From a virus (Duplodnaviria; Caudoviricetes): a stretch of 35,602 nt of DNA. Both the position numbers and the translations under genes were made by a program. Where the stretch lies: the IMG/VR virus record IMGVR_UViG_3300037313_001385, positions 1 through 35,602 of that record. The stretch is one strand, 5' to 3'. Under the pieces are notes generated by a model. It saw nothing but the letters and a program-made list of their open reading frames with translations, ran no database searches and was not told the origin of the DNA. Shown one piece after another: positions 34,467-35,602 of the stretch; within the stretch, counting starts at the first letter, position 1; each line of letters begins with the position of its first letter.

Positions 34467-34948
34467 CTGCGATCGACCCGGCCCTGGCCGCCGCCGCGCG
34501 CGAGGAAGTCGCGCTGCGCGAACGCAAATATCCGGCGCTGGTCGCGTCGGGCAAGCTGTCGGACGACGAAGCGACGATCGACTATCAGGCGTGGCACGTC
34601 ATCGCCCGACTGATGGAAACCGGCCAATACCGCTCGATCTATGCCGGCGGCATCGACGGCCAGACCGAAGTCGGGTGGCTGCTCGCCGAGCAGGCCGCCG
34701 AACGCACCGTCACCGTCGTCGAACGGGCGCTGGACGAAGCCCGCGCGGCCCAGGTTGGGTCGGATGGGGCCGCAACCGAAGTGCGCGACCCGGTCAGCAC
34801 CGACACCAAGGTCGCCAAGCTGGACCAGCGCCTGGCGCAGCTGCGCGCCATCCTGCGCATCGTCGCGCGCCAGCGCGCCCAGGTCGAAGCGATCAACCGC
34901 GAGTTCCGCCGGCGACGTGAACAGGAGAGGGGGAAGGCTGCAGCATGA
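34463..34948 (+). CDS. Hypothetical protein
   Basis: A.EEVALRERKYPALV..GKLS..EA motif seen in phage early proteins; C-terminal coiled coil. Confidence 0.65.
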   Translation: MTAIDPALAAAAREEVALRERKYPALVASGKLSDDEATIDYQAWHVIARLMETGQYRSIYAGGIDGQTEVGWLLAEQAAERTVTVVERALDEARAAQVGSDGAATEVRDPVSTDTKVAKLDQRLAQLRAILRIVARQRAQVEAINREFRRRREQERGKAAA

Positions 34949-35358
34949 CCACCGATAAGCCGACAGATGCGATGATAGAGGCTGGGCTGAAAGCGCGGGA
35001 AGCGTGCAATTTTCACGGCACAGACGAGCGCAAGCAAGTCGCCGAGATTTATCGCTACATGCACGAAGCCGGCCCCCAATCCGCTGCCTCTAGTCCCGAT
35101 GCTGACTTGGTGGAGCGAGTAGCGCGGGCGATTGCTCCCGTCATTCAAAAACCGCTGAATGTGGTGGCCACCGCCGCAATCGAAGCCCTCACCGCCACCG
35201 CACCCCCTAGCGATAGTGAGTGCCCGACTTGCCAAGGTCGCGGCGAAATGTGGGCGTTCGTTCAGGGCTTAGGCCGAGCGCCCGACCCCGTTCAATGCGA
35301 CGACTGCCACGGCACCGGCAAGAATAGCGATAGTGACGCGAAAGGCGGTGGAGCGTGA
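34945..35358 (+). CDS. Hypothetical protein with CxxCxGxG zinc finger
   Basis: PTDAMIEAG motif; CPTCQGRG...CDDCHGTG. Confidence 0.65.
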   Translation: MTTDKPTDAMIEAGLKAREACNFHGTDERKQVAEIYRYMHEAGPQSAASSPDADLVERVARAIAPVIQKPLNVVATAAIEALTATAPPSDSECPTCQGRGEMWAFVQGLGRAPDPVQCDDCHGTGKNSDSDAKGGGA

Positions 35359-35602
35359 GCAACATCGAGAAATGCCCGCGCTGTGGAGCCACGACGCCAG
35401 TTGTTCAAGGCGGGATTTGCGGCGGATGCCGCATGACGGACGCGACCAACCCCACAGTGGGAGGCGAGAGCCTTCTGCCGTGTCCGTTTCCGCACGAAGC
35501 GAAGCGCGGCCCGTTTGTCGAGACGGACTTGGATGACTTCGGCTTTGTCCGCGTGTCCTGCTCCGACTGTGGATGCGCTGGCCCCTACGTCACGCTCGAC
35601 AG
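35355..35602 (+). CDS. Lar-family restriction-alleviation-like zinc-finger protein (partial)
   Basis: GTG 35355: MSNIEKCPRCG...CGGCRM...LLPCPFPH...VRVSCSDCGCAGP; open to the window end. Confidence 0.6.
   Translation, partial: MSNIEKCPRCGATTPVVQGGICGGCRMTDATNPTVGGESLLPCPFPHEAKRGPFVETDLDDFGFVRVSCSDCGCAGPYVTLD

Larger units (their letters stand above)
1..35602. mobile_element. Lambda-like temperate siphophage/prophage (partial; both ends outside the window)
   Basis: Continuous, colinear immunity, replication, cos/terminase, head and tail modules. No host housekeeping genes or att site seen. Confidence 0.96.

Noticed and set aside
1-35602. CRISPR array, reverse transcriptase/DGR, integrase, IS element, tRNA or lysis genes
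   Set aside because: No supporting repeats or motifs seen in this window; integrase and lysis genes probably lie outside it.

Overview
The whole window is one GC-rich, lambda-like temperate siphophage or prophage of an alphaproteobacterium (protein styles suggest Sphingomonadales; inference). It runs off both ends, and no integrase, lysis cassette or host flank is visible. On the minus strand, right to left: Cro-like and CII-like regulators; an early/middle operon with an acyl carrier protein homologue, an OmpR-type wHTH, three DNA methyltransferases, a cupin-like protein, a DnaN-like clamp, a DnaG-type primase and a D5/P4-type helicase; an iteron-like origin; a DUF6362-like late regulator; a lambda-type cos; a roughly 430-nt densely hairpinned non-coding leader; terminase, portal, protease-capsid fusion and neck genes; and a non-contractile tail module with a -1 frameshift chaperone. 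On the plus strand: a CI-like S24 repressor and a short early operon ending in a Lar-like protein. Most interesting: (1) the structured non-coding leader between cos and the small terminase; (2) a C5 methyltransferase whose motifs are split over two fully overlapping frames; (3) a DnaG whose C-terminal helical domain sits on the helicase, with a methyltransferase gene between them; (4) a phage-borne ACP with an intact phosphopantetheine serine; (5) a LexA-box-preceded gene converging on cI. All family calls come from motif recognition by eye; no searches were run.
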